A DNA stretch of 64,000 nt from Myxococcota bacterium. Its GTDB lineage: Bacteria; Myxococcota_A; UBA9160; UBA6930. Below the pieces are notes generated by a model. The model did not search any database and was not told where the DNA came from. It was given only the letters and a program-made list of their open reading frames with translations. Of the stretch, positions 1 through 8,722 are shown one piece after another. The stretch spans positions 1,376,001 through 1,440,000 of the forward strand of contig OZ245002.1 of assembly GCA_965223415.1 (NCBI GenBank). Reading direction: 5' to 3'. How positions within the stretch are numbered: the stretch's first letter is position 1; every line of letters starts with the position of its first letter. Both the position numbers and the translations under genes were made by a program.

Positions 1-420
1 GATGGTGTTGCACTGCACCTCGTAGCCCTTCGGGAAGGGGAAGAAGTCGAAGGCCCACTGGTCGCGGTGCACGTCCTGGGCCTTCTCGCCGGGCCCGATG
101 GCGATCACCTGGGTCAGGTGGAGCTGGTAGTTGGTGACGTGGCCGAGCACCCGGTCGGCGGTGCCGAGCACCAGCGGGTGCCGGATCCACTCCCGGGCCT
201 GCTCCGAGCGCGCGATCAGCGCGCCGGTGCGCCGCGTGGAACGGCCGGTGAAGCCGTCGACGCCCGGCGCCGTCGCTTCCAGATGCGGCCCGATCTCCTC
301 CCGGAAGCGGGCGAGCTCCTCGGGCGCCGCGACGCCGTCGACGACCACGGCACCGTCCCGGGCCAGGAGCTGGGCAACGCGATCGGGACCGTCCTCGGGC
401 TTCAGGTGTTCCACCGGCAT
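1..420 (-). CDS. Phytanoyl-CoA dioxygenase (PhyH)-family Fe(II)/2OG dioxygenase, runs off window start
   Basis: Hand translation from ATG at 420: MPVEHLKPEDGPDRVAQLLARDGAVVV...TRRTGALIARS...LTQVIAIGPGEKAQDVHRDQW; HxD iron motif typical of PhyH. Confidence 0.85.
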   Translation of the reverse strand, partial: MPVEHLKPEDGPDRVAQLLARDGAVVVDGVAAPEELARFREEIGPHLEATAPGVDGFTGRSTRRTGALIARSEQAREWIRHPLVLGTADRVLGHVTNYQLHLTQVIAIGPGEKAQDVHRDQWAFDFFPFPKGYEVQCNTI

Positions 421-433
421 GGCTCCGAGCGTA

Positions 434-1435
434 TCACCCCTCCAGGGCCGCGCGCAGCGCAGGGTCCGCCGCCTTCGCCTCGCGCAGCCGAGCGGTGCCG
501 CGAGCCACGGTGGGGTGGGTGTGATCGGTGATCGCCTGGCGGTAGCTCGGCCGCTCGCGCAGCCGATCCCAGTACGCGGTGACGGCGGGCCGCTTCCCCT
601 CCCCGAGGAAGACGCGGACCCCGTCCGCTTCGACCAGGCGCTCGAAGATCACGACCCAGCTCACGTCCGCCAGGCTGAAGGCGTCGCCCAGGATCCACGG
701 CCCGCCGCTCGCCTCGAGCTGGGCCTCCAGGCGATCGAGGTGCTCGTGCATGTGCGCGCGACTGCGCGCCACCGCCTGCATTGCGGGCCCGAGCGTCGAG
801 AGCTTCGCGAGGCCGCGGGCCTTGAGGGCCAGGAAGATCAGTGGCCGGCGACGGTCGATGTGGAAGAGCAGTCCCTCGAGGATCTTCGTGTAGGGGATGT
901 CTTCGATCATCGCGGCGAAGAGCGGAACGGTCAGCCCCGGGATGGCGTTTCCGGCGCTGCGATCCGATTCCGCCATCGGATCGCCGGTGAGCGAGGAGCA
1001 GTCGATCCAGGTCTGCATCGTCTCGCGAAGGGCCGGATCCTCCGGCACGAGCTTCGGGCTCGAGTCCGGCGCGTGATCCGCCGCGTAGCGGATCTGCTCG
1101 TGGGACTCGTAGATCGGATGGCCCTTGTGCACGAGCACCGGCACGGTTCCGGCGGGGTTCACCGCCAGGAAGCGCCGCGAGATGTTCTCGTAGGCTCCGG
1201 TCTCGATCAGGTCCACCGGATGGCTCCGGTAGGAGAGCCCCAGCTCGGCCATGCACACCCGCACCTTCTTCGAGCAGAGGGAGAGCGCGTTGTGGTAGAG
1301 CTCGAACTCCTCCTCGTAGGGAATCCGCAGGTCGGGCTGGAGCCCGGCGGACACCGCGTGGGTCTTCCGATGGGCCTTCTCCGAGGCCCACCAGGCGACG
1401 ACGACAACGAAGGCGAGAAGAGCGGCTCCGAGCAC
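434..1435 (-). CDS. Glutathione S-transferase family protein with N-terminal hydrophobic anchor
   Basis: ELYHNALSLCSKKVR, VNPAGTVPVL, YESHEQIRY and GDAFSLADV GST motifs; hydrophobic N-terminus. Confidence 0.85.
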   Translation of the reverse strand: MLGAALLAFVVVVAWWASEKAHRKTHAVSAGLQPDLRIPYEEEFELYHNALSLCSKKVRVCMAELGLSYRSHPVDLIETGAYENISRRFLAVNPAGTVPVLVHKGHPIYESHEQIRYAADHAPDSSPKLVPEDPALRETMQTWIDCSSLTGDPMAESDRSAGNAIPGLTVPLFAAMIEDIPYTKILEGLLFHIDRRRPLIFLALKARGLAKLSTLGPAMQAVARSRAHMHEHLDRLEAQLEASGGPWILGDAFSLADVSWVVIFERLVEADGVRVFLGEGKRPAVTAYWDRLRERPSYRQAITDHTHPTVARGTARLREAKAADPALRAALEG

Positions 1436-1589
1436 GTATGCCCCTTCCGTCCGGATCCTACCGCGATGAAGGACCGGCCGCGCGGGAAACCGTTCGGCTG
1501 GCGCCGGTGTCCTCGCCGATGAGGGGACATCCAGGCGGGAGATGCACGATGGCGAACGCGACGCGTCGCGGGTTCGGGGACGCCGCTCG

Positions 1590-2807
1590 CTAGGGCAGCA
1601 CCTTCTCGGGCAGCGGGTGCCGGTACAGCTTCGCGGCGTTCTCGCAGCAGATCGCGCGGATCTCGTCCGGCGGGAGGTCTCCCAGGGTCTGGTGGATCAC
1701 GTCCTGGGTGTCCGGCCAGGTGCCGTCGCCGTGGGGATAGTCGGATTCGAAGAGGATGTTCTCGACGCCGATCGAGTGGCGGGTGACGACCGTCGACGGG
1801 TCGTCGATCATGCAGAACCAGAAGTTGCGGAGCAGCACCTCCGACGGGCGGGTCTTCGGATCCGGCCACCCCTGGCCATAGCCGGAGCGGCTCATGATGT
1901 TGTCGAGGCGGTCCTTCAGGCAGGCGACCCAGCCGATGCCGCCCTCGCTCATGGCGATCTTGAGCTCCGGGTACTTCGCGGGCCAACCGCTCCACAGCCA
2001 CTCGGCGCAGGAGCCGAGGGCCATGGGGCCGAACTGGGTCGCGCCGAGCTCGAGCATGGGCGCTCCGGCGGGCATCTGGGCAAAACCCGAGGAGCCCACG
2101 TGCAGGTTGAGCACGGTGTCGGTCTCGGCGCAGGCGCGGATGATCGGCTCCCAGTGCGGGTCGAACACCGAGGGCAGGCCCTGGCGGTGGGGCTGCTCGG
2201 GCATGGTCACGGCGGTGAAGCCACGCTTCGCGTTGCGGCGGATCTCCTCCGCGCCCAGCTCGGCGTCCGAGAGATAGGTGATGCCGAGGGGCACGATGCG
2301 CTCCGGGTAGGAGCCGTGCCACTCCTCGAAGAGCCAGTCGTTCCAGGCGCGCACGCAGGCGAGACCGAACTCCTGGTCCTTGAACTCGGAGAAGAGGTGA
2401 CCGCCGAAGCCGGTCACGCCGGAGGGGAAGTTCACCGATCCCCAGCAGCCGTTGATATCCATGTCCTTGATGCGTTCGTGGATGTCGAAGCAGCCCGGGC
2501 GCAGCTCGTCGTAGCGGGCGGGCTCGACACGATGGTCCTCCCTGGGCCGCCCGGCCACGCACATGAAGCCCACCTGGAAGTAGGGCGTGTCGTCGATCAT
2601 CCAGACCTCGTGCCCTTCCTCGGTCTCCACGACGCGCGGGGCCCGGTCCTCGAACTTGCGCGGCATGCGCCCCTCGAAGGTGTGCTTCGGCTCCATCAGG
2701 TGATCGTCGACGGAGATCAGCGTGTAGCGGACGTCCCGGGGCTCCGGATCCGGAAGCAGCGGACGCGTCACGGGCCGCTTGATGCCGAGCTTGATGACGG
2801 AAGGCAT
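1590..2807 (-). CDS. Amidohydrolase family protein (Amidohydro_2)
   Basis: ATG 2807 after a GGAG RBS; ISVDDH, RAWNDW, LNLHVG, SEGGIGW and FESDYPHGDGTWP motifs. Confidence 0.9.
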   Translation of the reverse strand: MPSVIKLGIKRPVTRPLLPDPEPRDVRYTLISVDDHLMEPKHTFEGRMPRKFEDRAPRVVETEEGHEVWMIDDTPYFQVGFMCVAGRPREDHRVEPARYDELRPGCFDIHERIKDMDINGCWGSVNFPSGVTGFGGHLFSEFKDQEFGLACVRAWNDWLFEEWHGSYPERIVPLGITYLSDAELGAEEIRRNAKRGFTAVTMPEQPHRQGLPSVFDPHWEPIIRACAETDTVLNLHVGSSGFAQMPAGAPMLELGATQFGPMALGSCAEWLWSGWPAKYPELKIAMSEGGIGWVACLKDRLDNIMSRSGYGQGWPDPKTRPSEVLLRNFWFCMIDDPSTVVTRHSIGVENILFESDYPHGDGTWPDTQDVIHQTLGDLPPDEIRAICCENAAKLYRHPLPEKVLP

Positions 2808-2829
2808 GGGGTTCTCCTGGCTGGGAGGT

Positions 2830-3489
2830 TCAGTGTGGCGCAGCCCGCAGGGCAATGCCGTCGACCAGGGCGCCGACGATGTAGGCGAAGTAGGCGTCGA
2901 AGCCCTCTCGCAGGGGCTCGCGGTTGAGCGAGAGCCAGACGTCGGCCGCGTCCCCGGAGAGATGCTCCGCCACGCTGCGGAGGTAGCGCTGGATCTTGGC
3001 GGGTGGGCTCTCCACGGCGAGCGCCTGGCTCTGCGCGATCGCGGTGACCTCGTGGAGGAGCCCCTGGGCGGCGTAGAGGAGCGGCGGACCGACGAGGCCG
3101 GACTCGGCCAGCACCTCCACCAACAGGCCGTTCGCCCGGGCGTTGAACGGCGTCGTCCACGGCGAGCCGGCGACCTGGAGCCCCAGCTCCGGATGGCTGC
3201 GGAGCTGGTCGTGGATGGCCGTACACAGGGTGAGGGTGCGCTCCTGCCAGCTCCCGACGGCCGGCACGTCGAGCGCCACGGCCTCGGCGGCGGCCCGGGC
3301 GACCTCCGCCAACAGCTCGTCCTTGTTGCGGAAATGCCAGTAGAGGGCGGCCGGGTCGACGCCCAGGGCAGCCGCCACCCGCCGCATCGAGAGAGCGCGC
3401 TCCCCCCCCTCCCGGGCCAGCTCGAGGGCGGCCTCCACGATCCGGGTCCGGTCCAGGTGACGGGAGTGGCCACGGCCGCGCGGGGGCAT
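2830..3489 (-). CDS. TetR family transcriptional regulator
   Basis: LSMRRVAAALGVDPAALYWHFRNKDELL helix-turn-helix. Confidence 0.92.
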   Translation of the reverse strand: MPPRGRGHSRHLDRTRIVEAALELAREGGERALSMRRVAAALGVDPAALYWHFRNKDELLAEVARAAAEAVALDVPAVGSWQERTLTLCTAIHDQLRSHPELGLQVAGSPWTTPFNARANGLLVEVLAESGLVGPPLLYAAQGLLHEVTAIAQSQALAVESPPAKIQRYLRSVAEHLSGDAADVWLSLNREPLREGFDAYFAYIVGALVDGIALRAAPH

Positions 3490-3500
3490 GCCCTCAACTT

Positions 3501-3526
3501 AATTCAACACTGTTGATTTCGTCAAG
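3501..3526. promoter_or_regulatory. Putative TetR operator within a sigma70-like promoter in the divergent intergenic region
   Basis: Palindrome TCAACA-C-TGTTGA (3504-3516) in an AT-rich patch; on the minus strand it lies between TTGACG and TTAAGT/TAAGTT upstream of tetR. Confidence 0.6.
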
Positions 3527-3580
3527 GACCGGTGCTACCTCCTGCGGCCGAGGCCACAAGGAACCACCAGGAGGACCTCC

Positions 3581-4771
3581 GTGACGCTCTTCGACGGCGC
3601 CATGCACGACGCCGACAACCACTACTACGAGCCCGACGACTGCTTCACCCGCCACATCGAGGCCGAGTACCGGGACCGCACGGTCTGGCTCGACCGCAAG
3701 GAGCCGGGCACGCCGGCGCGGATGTACGTGGGCGACGAGCGCTGCAGGTTCTTCAGCGTGGGCACGGGGGACAGCGTGGGCCCGCCGGGCATCATGAAGG
3801 AGTTCCTGCGCGGCACCAGCGACGAGGGCGGCAGCCCGAGCCTCTCGCCGACGAACGCTCTCGCGGTCCCGGAGTACGTCGACCGAGCAGCGCGCCTAGC
3901 CAAGATGGACGCGCAGCGAATCGAGAAGACCTTGATGCTCCCCACGACCGGCGTCGGCGTGGGCGTGCAGCTCGCGGAGCCGAAGCATCGGGAGGTGCTG
4001 TATCCGTCGCTGCGCGCCTTCAATCGATGGCTCGAGGAGGACTGGGGCTACGACGACGGACGCATCTACGGCGCGCCGCTGATCGCCCTCGAGGACGTGG
4101 AGCAGGGCGTGGAGGAGCTGGAGCGGGTCGTCGCCCTGGGCGCGCGCTTCGTGTGCCTGATGGCGGGGCCGATCGACGGCAAGTCGCCGGGCGAGCCGGT
4201 TCTCGATCCCTTCTGGGCCCGCTGCGAGGAGGCGGGCGTGAACGTGGTCTTCCACATCGGGTCCACCTCGGTGCAGCCCGCCTACAACCGGGTCTGGGGC
4301 CTGCGGCCGGTGCCGCCCTCCCACCGCAACTCGGTGATGGAGTACGTGCTCTCGTTCACCGACCGCCCGGTGGTCGACACGGTCGCCGCGCTTGTCGCCG
4401 ACAACGTGTTCGGTCGTTTCCCGGAGCTTCGGGTGCTCTCGGTCGAGTACGGCTCCGCGTGGGTGGCGCCGCTCAAGACGAAGCTCCACCACATCGCCCG
4501 GCTCTACAGCAAGGACCTGTGGCGCTTCGGCGCCCCGCCGGACGGCACCGACGCGATCTTCGAGAGGAACCTCTTCGTCTCGCCGTTCTTCGAGGACGAC
4601 GTCCCCGCCCTCGCTGCGCTGATCGGCCCTACGCAGGTCCTCGCCGGCTCGGACTATCCCCACCCGGAAGGCCTGGCCGAGCCCCAGGAGTTCGCCGAAG
4701 AGCTCGAGGGCCTCCCCGCCGACCAGGTCCGCATGGTCATGCGCGACAACTTCGACCGTCTGGTCGCCTGA
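3581..4771 (+). CDS. Amidohydrolase family protein (Amidohydro_2)
   Basis: GTG after GGAGG; HDADNHYYE, RAFNRWL, VVFHIG and GSDYPHPEG motifs. Confidence 0.9.
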   Translation: MTLFDGAMHDADNHYYEPDDCFTRHIEAEYRDRTVWLDRKEPGTPARMYVGDERCRFFSVGTGDSVGPPGIMKEFLRGTSDEGGSPSLSPTNALAVPEYVDRAARLAKMDAQRIEKTLMLPTTGVGVGVQLAEPKHREVLYPSLRAFNRWLEEDWGYDDGRIYGAPLIALEDVEQGVEELERVVALGARFVCLMAGPIDGKSPGEPVLDPFWARCEEAGVNVVFHIGSTSVQPAYNRVWGLRPVPPSHRNSVMEYVLSFTDRPVVDTVAALVADNVFGRFPELRVLSVEYGSAWVAPLKTKLHHIARLYSKDLWRFGAPPDGTDAIFERNLFVSPFFEDDVPALAALIGPTQVLAGSDYPHPEGLAEPQEFAEELEGLPADQVRMVMRDNFDRLVA

Positions 4772-4778
4772 ACGCCGC

Positions 4779-6044
4779 CTACGTTGCGTTCGCGATCTTC
4801 TCGAGCTTGCTGATCTCCTTCTCGAGCCAGCGATGCTCCCAGAAGTTGGTGGTCTGGTCCAGGAGTGCGCGATGGGCAGCGAGGCTCGCGGCGGCGGCGC
4901 CGGCGTGCCGGGGGTCGGCTTCGAGGGCGACTTCGGCGAGGTGGATCGCCTCGACGGGCGCACCGGCGGCGAGCTTCTTGCGAGCCGCCTCGGCGACCAC
5001 GTCGGGCCCTCCCGCCAGGGCACAGAGCTCCGGTGAAACGCTCCAGGGGGGCGTCGGGAACAGCTCGGTCGTGGAATGATGGTGGAACCAGCCCATGTAG
5101 TTCTCCACGATCGCGCGCACCGACCAGGAGACCTTGCCGTAGCCCTCGCCCACCTCGAGCTCCGACGGCAGGCGGATCTCGCGCATCAGGGTCCAGACGT
5201 CCTTCCCTTCGTTCATTCCCGCCACGGTGGCGTCGTGGACGAAGAGCACCGCGTCGCGCATGCGCTCCAGCTCGCTCCGGATCAGCGCGCGGCCGCGCAC
5301 GGGCTCGTGGTGGCCGACGCAGAGCACGTCCGCCTCGAGGTCGAGGAGCTTCTCGAGCGTTGCGACGTAGGTGAGCGCGTCCCGGTAGCGATCGCCGCGA
5401 ATCGTCACCAGGTTCGGGAAGTGGCCGAAGAGCGCGCCGAACACGTTACCGGTGAAGCAGATCCGATGCTGGGGAAGCCAGACGACCAGCGAGTCCTTGG
5501 TCTCCGCCCCGGGCGTCGCGATCAGCTCCACTTCCAGCCCGCCGAGCTCGAAGGCGAAGCGGTCCTGGAAGGTGATCGTCGGCGTCGGCCGCGATTGGCC
5601 GGGCACGCCGCTCCCGAGCTTGTCCCTGATGTAGGCGTTCGCCCGGGCGATCGACTCGGCGAAGGCGAAATAGCTGCGGCGCCCGCGGACGGCGGCGTTC
5701 AGGGCGTCCTCGGCCTGATGGGCCGGGTTGTTCGCCTGGGCCACGATCTCGGTCCCCTCCTCGACGAAGAGGTCCGTCCCGCCCACGTGGTCCACGTGCC
5801 CCTGGGTGAAGATGACGTAGCGGACCGGCCCGTCGTCGACCGAGTCGAAGTACTCCTTGTGCATGGGCGCCTCGAAGCCCATGCCTGTGTTGACGACGAT
5901 GCGCCCCTCCTTCGTCACGATGAGGAATGCGTTCGAGTTCCCCTCGGAGAGGTAGATGAACTCGTTCACCGGGCCGTGGCGCACCTCGGTGGCCGGCAGC
6001 ATCTCGAAGGCGGTCGGGCGGGAGCGGTAGAGGGGCTCGGACAT
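4779..6044 (-). CDS. Alkyl/aryl-sulfatase-like metallo-beta-lactamase fold hydrolase
   Basis: TQGHVDHVGG, TPGAETKD, FPNLVTIRGDRYRD and GYGKVSWSVRAI (SdsA-like dimerisation region); ATG 6044. Confidence 0.82.
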   Translation of the reverse strand: MSEPLYRSRPTAFEMLPATEVRHGPVNEFIYLSEGNSNAFLIVTKEGRIVVNTGMGFEAPMHKEYFDSVDDGPVRYVIFTQGHVDHVGGTDLFVEEGTEIVAQANNPAHQAEDALNAAVRGRRSYFAFAESIARANAYIRDKLGSGVPGQSRPTPTITFQDRFAFELGGLEVELIATPGAETKDSLVVWLPQHRICFTGNVFGALFGHFPNLVTIRGDRYRDALTYVATLEKLLDLEADVLCVGHHEPVRGRALIRSELERMRDAVLFVHDATVAGMNEGKDVWTLMREIRLPSELEVGEGYGKVSWSVRAIVENYMGWFHHHSTTELFPTPPWSVSPELCALAGGPDVVAEAARKKLAAGAPVEAIHLAEVALEADPRHAGAAAASLAAHRALLDQTTNFWEHRWLEKEISKLEKIANAT

Positions 6045-6048
6045 GGGT

Positions 6049-6840
6049 CTAGCCTTCCGCGACGAGGGCCTCGACGTCCGCCCACACGGCCCGGCCGTTC
6101 GCACGGAAGCCCTCGATCAGCGGCTCGGGCACGAACGCGGCGACGGCGGTCTGGAAGGACGGGCGCTCCTGCATGCGCTGGTACCAGGCGGCGGCGCGGG
6201 GCCGGGCGTCGATCAGCGGCGTCATGGCCAGGTGGTCGAGGCGCAGCACGTAGGGCAGCACGCAGGCGTCGGCGAGGCTCCAATCGTCACCGGCGAGGCA
6301 GGCGTGGTCCGCGAGCGCCGCGTCCATGTCGTCGAGCATCGCCGTGAAGGCGGAGAACGCCGCCTTCATCTCGGGGGCCTTCACGCCGTTCTCGATCACC
6401 GAGCGGCGCCGGGCGCGGTTGGCCGGGTCGGGGATCGCCTCGATCGTCGCATCGATCTCCTCCTGCGTGCGCTGCAGGATCATCGGCCGCGTCCCGATGC
6501 CGAAGGTGATCACGCCCGCGTTCGGATGCACCTGCCCGTCGATGCGCTTCGTCCACAGGCGCATCCCATGACGGTCCGCCGGATCCGCCGGAGCGCAGGA
6601 CGGCTCGGGGAAGGCGTCCTCCAGGTACTCGTTGATCAGCGTGGACTCGATCAGCACCCGACCGTCGTGCACGAGCGTCGGCACCACGTGGTTGGGGTTC
6701 AGCTTCACGTACTCCGGATCGTGCTGCTCGCCGGCCATCAGGTCGATCCAGTGGTGGGTGGGCTCGAGCCCCTTCTCGGCCAGCACCAGCCTTACCTTCT
6801 GGGAGCAGGTGGAGAGGAAGTGGTTGTAGAGCTCGAGCAT
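6049..6840 (-). CDS. Glutathione S-transferase family protein
   Basis: MLELYNHFLSTCSQKVRL, LNPNHVVPTLVH, IESTLINEYLED and WSLADA; GGAGG RBS. Confidence 0.9.
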   Translation of the reverse strand: MLELYNHFLSTCSQKVRLVLAEKGLEPTHHWIDLMAGEQHDPEYVKLNPNHVVPTLVHDGRVLIESTLINEYLEDAFPEPSCAPADPADRHGMRLWTKRIDGQVHPNAGVITFGIGTRPMILQRTQEEIDATIEAIPDPANRARRRSVIENGVKAPEMKAAFSAFTAMLDDMDAALADHACLAGDDWSLADACVLPYVLRLDHLAMTPLIDARPRAAAWYQRMQERPSFQTAVAAFVPEPLIEGFRANGRAVWADVEALVAEG

Positions 6841-6907
6841 GGGGGGCCTCCTGGAGGGGGGGGCGGCCAGGGTACTCCGGTGACGGGCCGCCCGGTACCT
6901 TCCCTCC

Positions 6908-7360
6908 ATGCCCGAGGTCTTCCCCATCGCTCCGGCGTCGGCGAAGCCGCTCTGGTTCCTCGGCGTCGTGAGCGTCGTGCTACTGGCGGTCGTCCTGATG
7001 CTGGCCTACACGGCCTGGTCTTCTCGCCACGCACGTGTGGAGGTGCACGCCACGGAGCTCGTCCTGGTGGGCGACCTCTGGGGACGCCGGATCCCGCTCT
7101 CGAGCCTCGTCGTCGACCAGGCGCGGGTCGTCGACCTGCGCCGCGACCCGGAGCTGGCGCCCCGCTGGCGAACGCTCGGGACCGGCCTGCCGGGCTACGC
7201 CTCCGGTTGGTTCAAGCTGCGAAACGGCGAGAAGGGCCTCGCCTACCTGACACGCCGCGACCGGGTGCTCTACCTGCCCACCCGTGAGCGCTATGCGCTG
7301 CTGCTCTCGGCGGAGGAGCCGGAGGCGCTGCTGGAGCGGATCCGCAGCGGAATCCCTTGA
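6908..7360 (+). CDS. Bacterial PH-domain membrane protein
   Basis: One TM helix followed by RTLGTGLPGYASGWFKLRNGEK, typical of bPH-domain proteins. Confidence 0.7.
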   Translation: MPEVFPIAPASAKPLWFLGVVSVVLLAVVLMLAYTAWSSRHARVEVHATELVLVGDLWGRRIPLSSLVVDQARVVDLRRDPELAPRWRTLGTGLPGYASGWFKLRNGEKGLAYLTRRDRVLYLPTRERYALLLSAEEPEALLERIRSGIP

Positions 7361-8088
7361 GCGGCCCGAGCACCTGGCTCGGCGCACTCGCGCTCGCGGC
7401 CCTCGTCGTGGTGGCGCCTCCGGACGCGTCCGCCCCGGCGAAGCCCGGCGCCCCGGCAGCGGGACGCCTGCTCGTGGCGACCCGCCAGGTGGCGGGCCCG
7501 ATCTTCGGCGAATCGGTGATCCTGCTGCTCGACGCGAACGACGAGGGCGCCGCCGGGCTGATCGTCAACCGACCCACGCGCCTTCCGCTGCGCGAGCTCT
7601 TCCCGGAGCTCGACGCCCTGGCCGAGCGTGGCGACCGGGTCCACCTGGGCGGCCCCGTGGAGCCTCGCGGCCTGCTGTTCCTGTTCCGCAGCGAGCACCC
7701 GCCGGAAGACACGCGACGCATCCTGGGCGACCTGCACCTCGGCCAGAGTGCCCGGGCCCTGCGGGCGGTGGTCGACGCGGGCGCGCCGGCCAGCCGCTTG
7801 CGGGCCTTCGTCGGCCACGCGGGCTGGGCACCGGGCCAGCTCGAGGGCGAGATCGCCCGCGGCGACTGGCTCGTTGCCGAGGGAGCGCCGGGGCTCCCCT
7901 TCAGCGAAACCCCAGAGACGATGTGGCGGGAGAAGATCCGCGCCCTGGAAGGGCTTCGGGTGCGCCGCGAGACCGTACCCGGTCCCGCGCCGGTCGCCCT
8001 GCCCTTGACAGCCCTGGGCGAGGGAGCGATCTCAGGCATGCAGCTCCATGTGCCCCCGCGTCAACCGTCCGAAACAGCAGCGCAGTGA
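7357..8088 (+). CDS. YqgE/AlgH family protein with predicted signal peptide
   Basis: GRLLVA, FGESVILL, GAAGLIVNRP, GGPV and FVGHAGWAPGQLEGEI motifs. Confidence 0.85.
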   Translation: MSGPSTWLGALALAALVVVAPPDASAPAKPGAPAAGRLLVATRQVAGPIFGESVILLLDANDEGAAGLIVNRPTRLPLRELFPELDALAERGDRVHLGGPVEPRGLLFLFRSEHPPEDTRRILGDLHLGQSARALRAVVDAGAPASRLRAFVGHAGWAPGQLEGEIARGDWLVAEGAPGLPFSETPETMWREKIRALEGLRVRRETVPGPAPVALPLTALGEGAISGMQLHVPPRQPSETAAQ

Positions 8089-8677
8089 GCAGACCCTCGC
8101 CCGGATCCTGGAGGCGACCGAGGACCTGCTCTACGAGCGCGGCCTCCCCGACGTCCCGGTGCGCGAAATCTGCGACGCCTCCGGCGCCTCCTCCAGCTCC
8201 TTCTACGCGCGCTTTCCCGACAAGAGCTCTCTCCTGCGAGCCGTGATGGATCGCTTCTGCGACCGGGTGATGGAGCGGATCGACGAGCTCGCGGCGGAGC
8301 AGGTCGCGGACGAGCGGTTCGAGGCCTTCGTGCTTCGATGTCTCGACGCCCTGGTTCTGCTGTTCCGCCGGGAGCGACGCCTCTTCCAGGCGATCACGCT
8401 GGCGGGAGAGGACGATCCCTCCCTCGCGAGCCAGCGGCAGTGGCTCGACCGGGAGATCCTGCGGCGCTTCATCGACCTGGCCTCCCAGCGCTACCCGGAA
8501 CGGGAGCGCGCGTTCCTGGAGGCACGGGTGCAGGAGGGCATCCCCATCATCGCTTCCGCGTTCCGCGGCGGCATCGAGGGCCCTCAGCACCTGGGCCTGG
8601 AGGACGGCGACGCCCACGACCGGGTGGTGGCGGACCTCACCGCCCTGATCCTGCGCTTTGTCGACGGCTCGGGCTGA
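8048..8677 (+). CDS. TetR/AcrR family transcriptional regulator
   Basis: QQRSEQTLARILEA...VREICDASGASSSSFYARFPDK helix-turn-helix. Confidence 0.88.
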   Translation: MCPRVNRPKQQRSEQTLARILEATEDLLYERGLPDVPVREICDASGASSSSFYARFPDKSSLLRAVMDRFCDRVMERIDELAAEQVADERFEAFVLRCLDALVLLFRRERRLFQAITLAGEDDPSLASQRQWLDREILRRFIDLASQRYPERERAFLEARVQEGIPIIASAFRGGIEGPQHLGLEDGDAHDRVVADLTALILRFVDGSG

Positions 8678-8722
8678 GGGGCGGGAACGGGGTCGCCGGC
8701 CGTTCTATCCTCGCTCCCGCCG

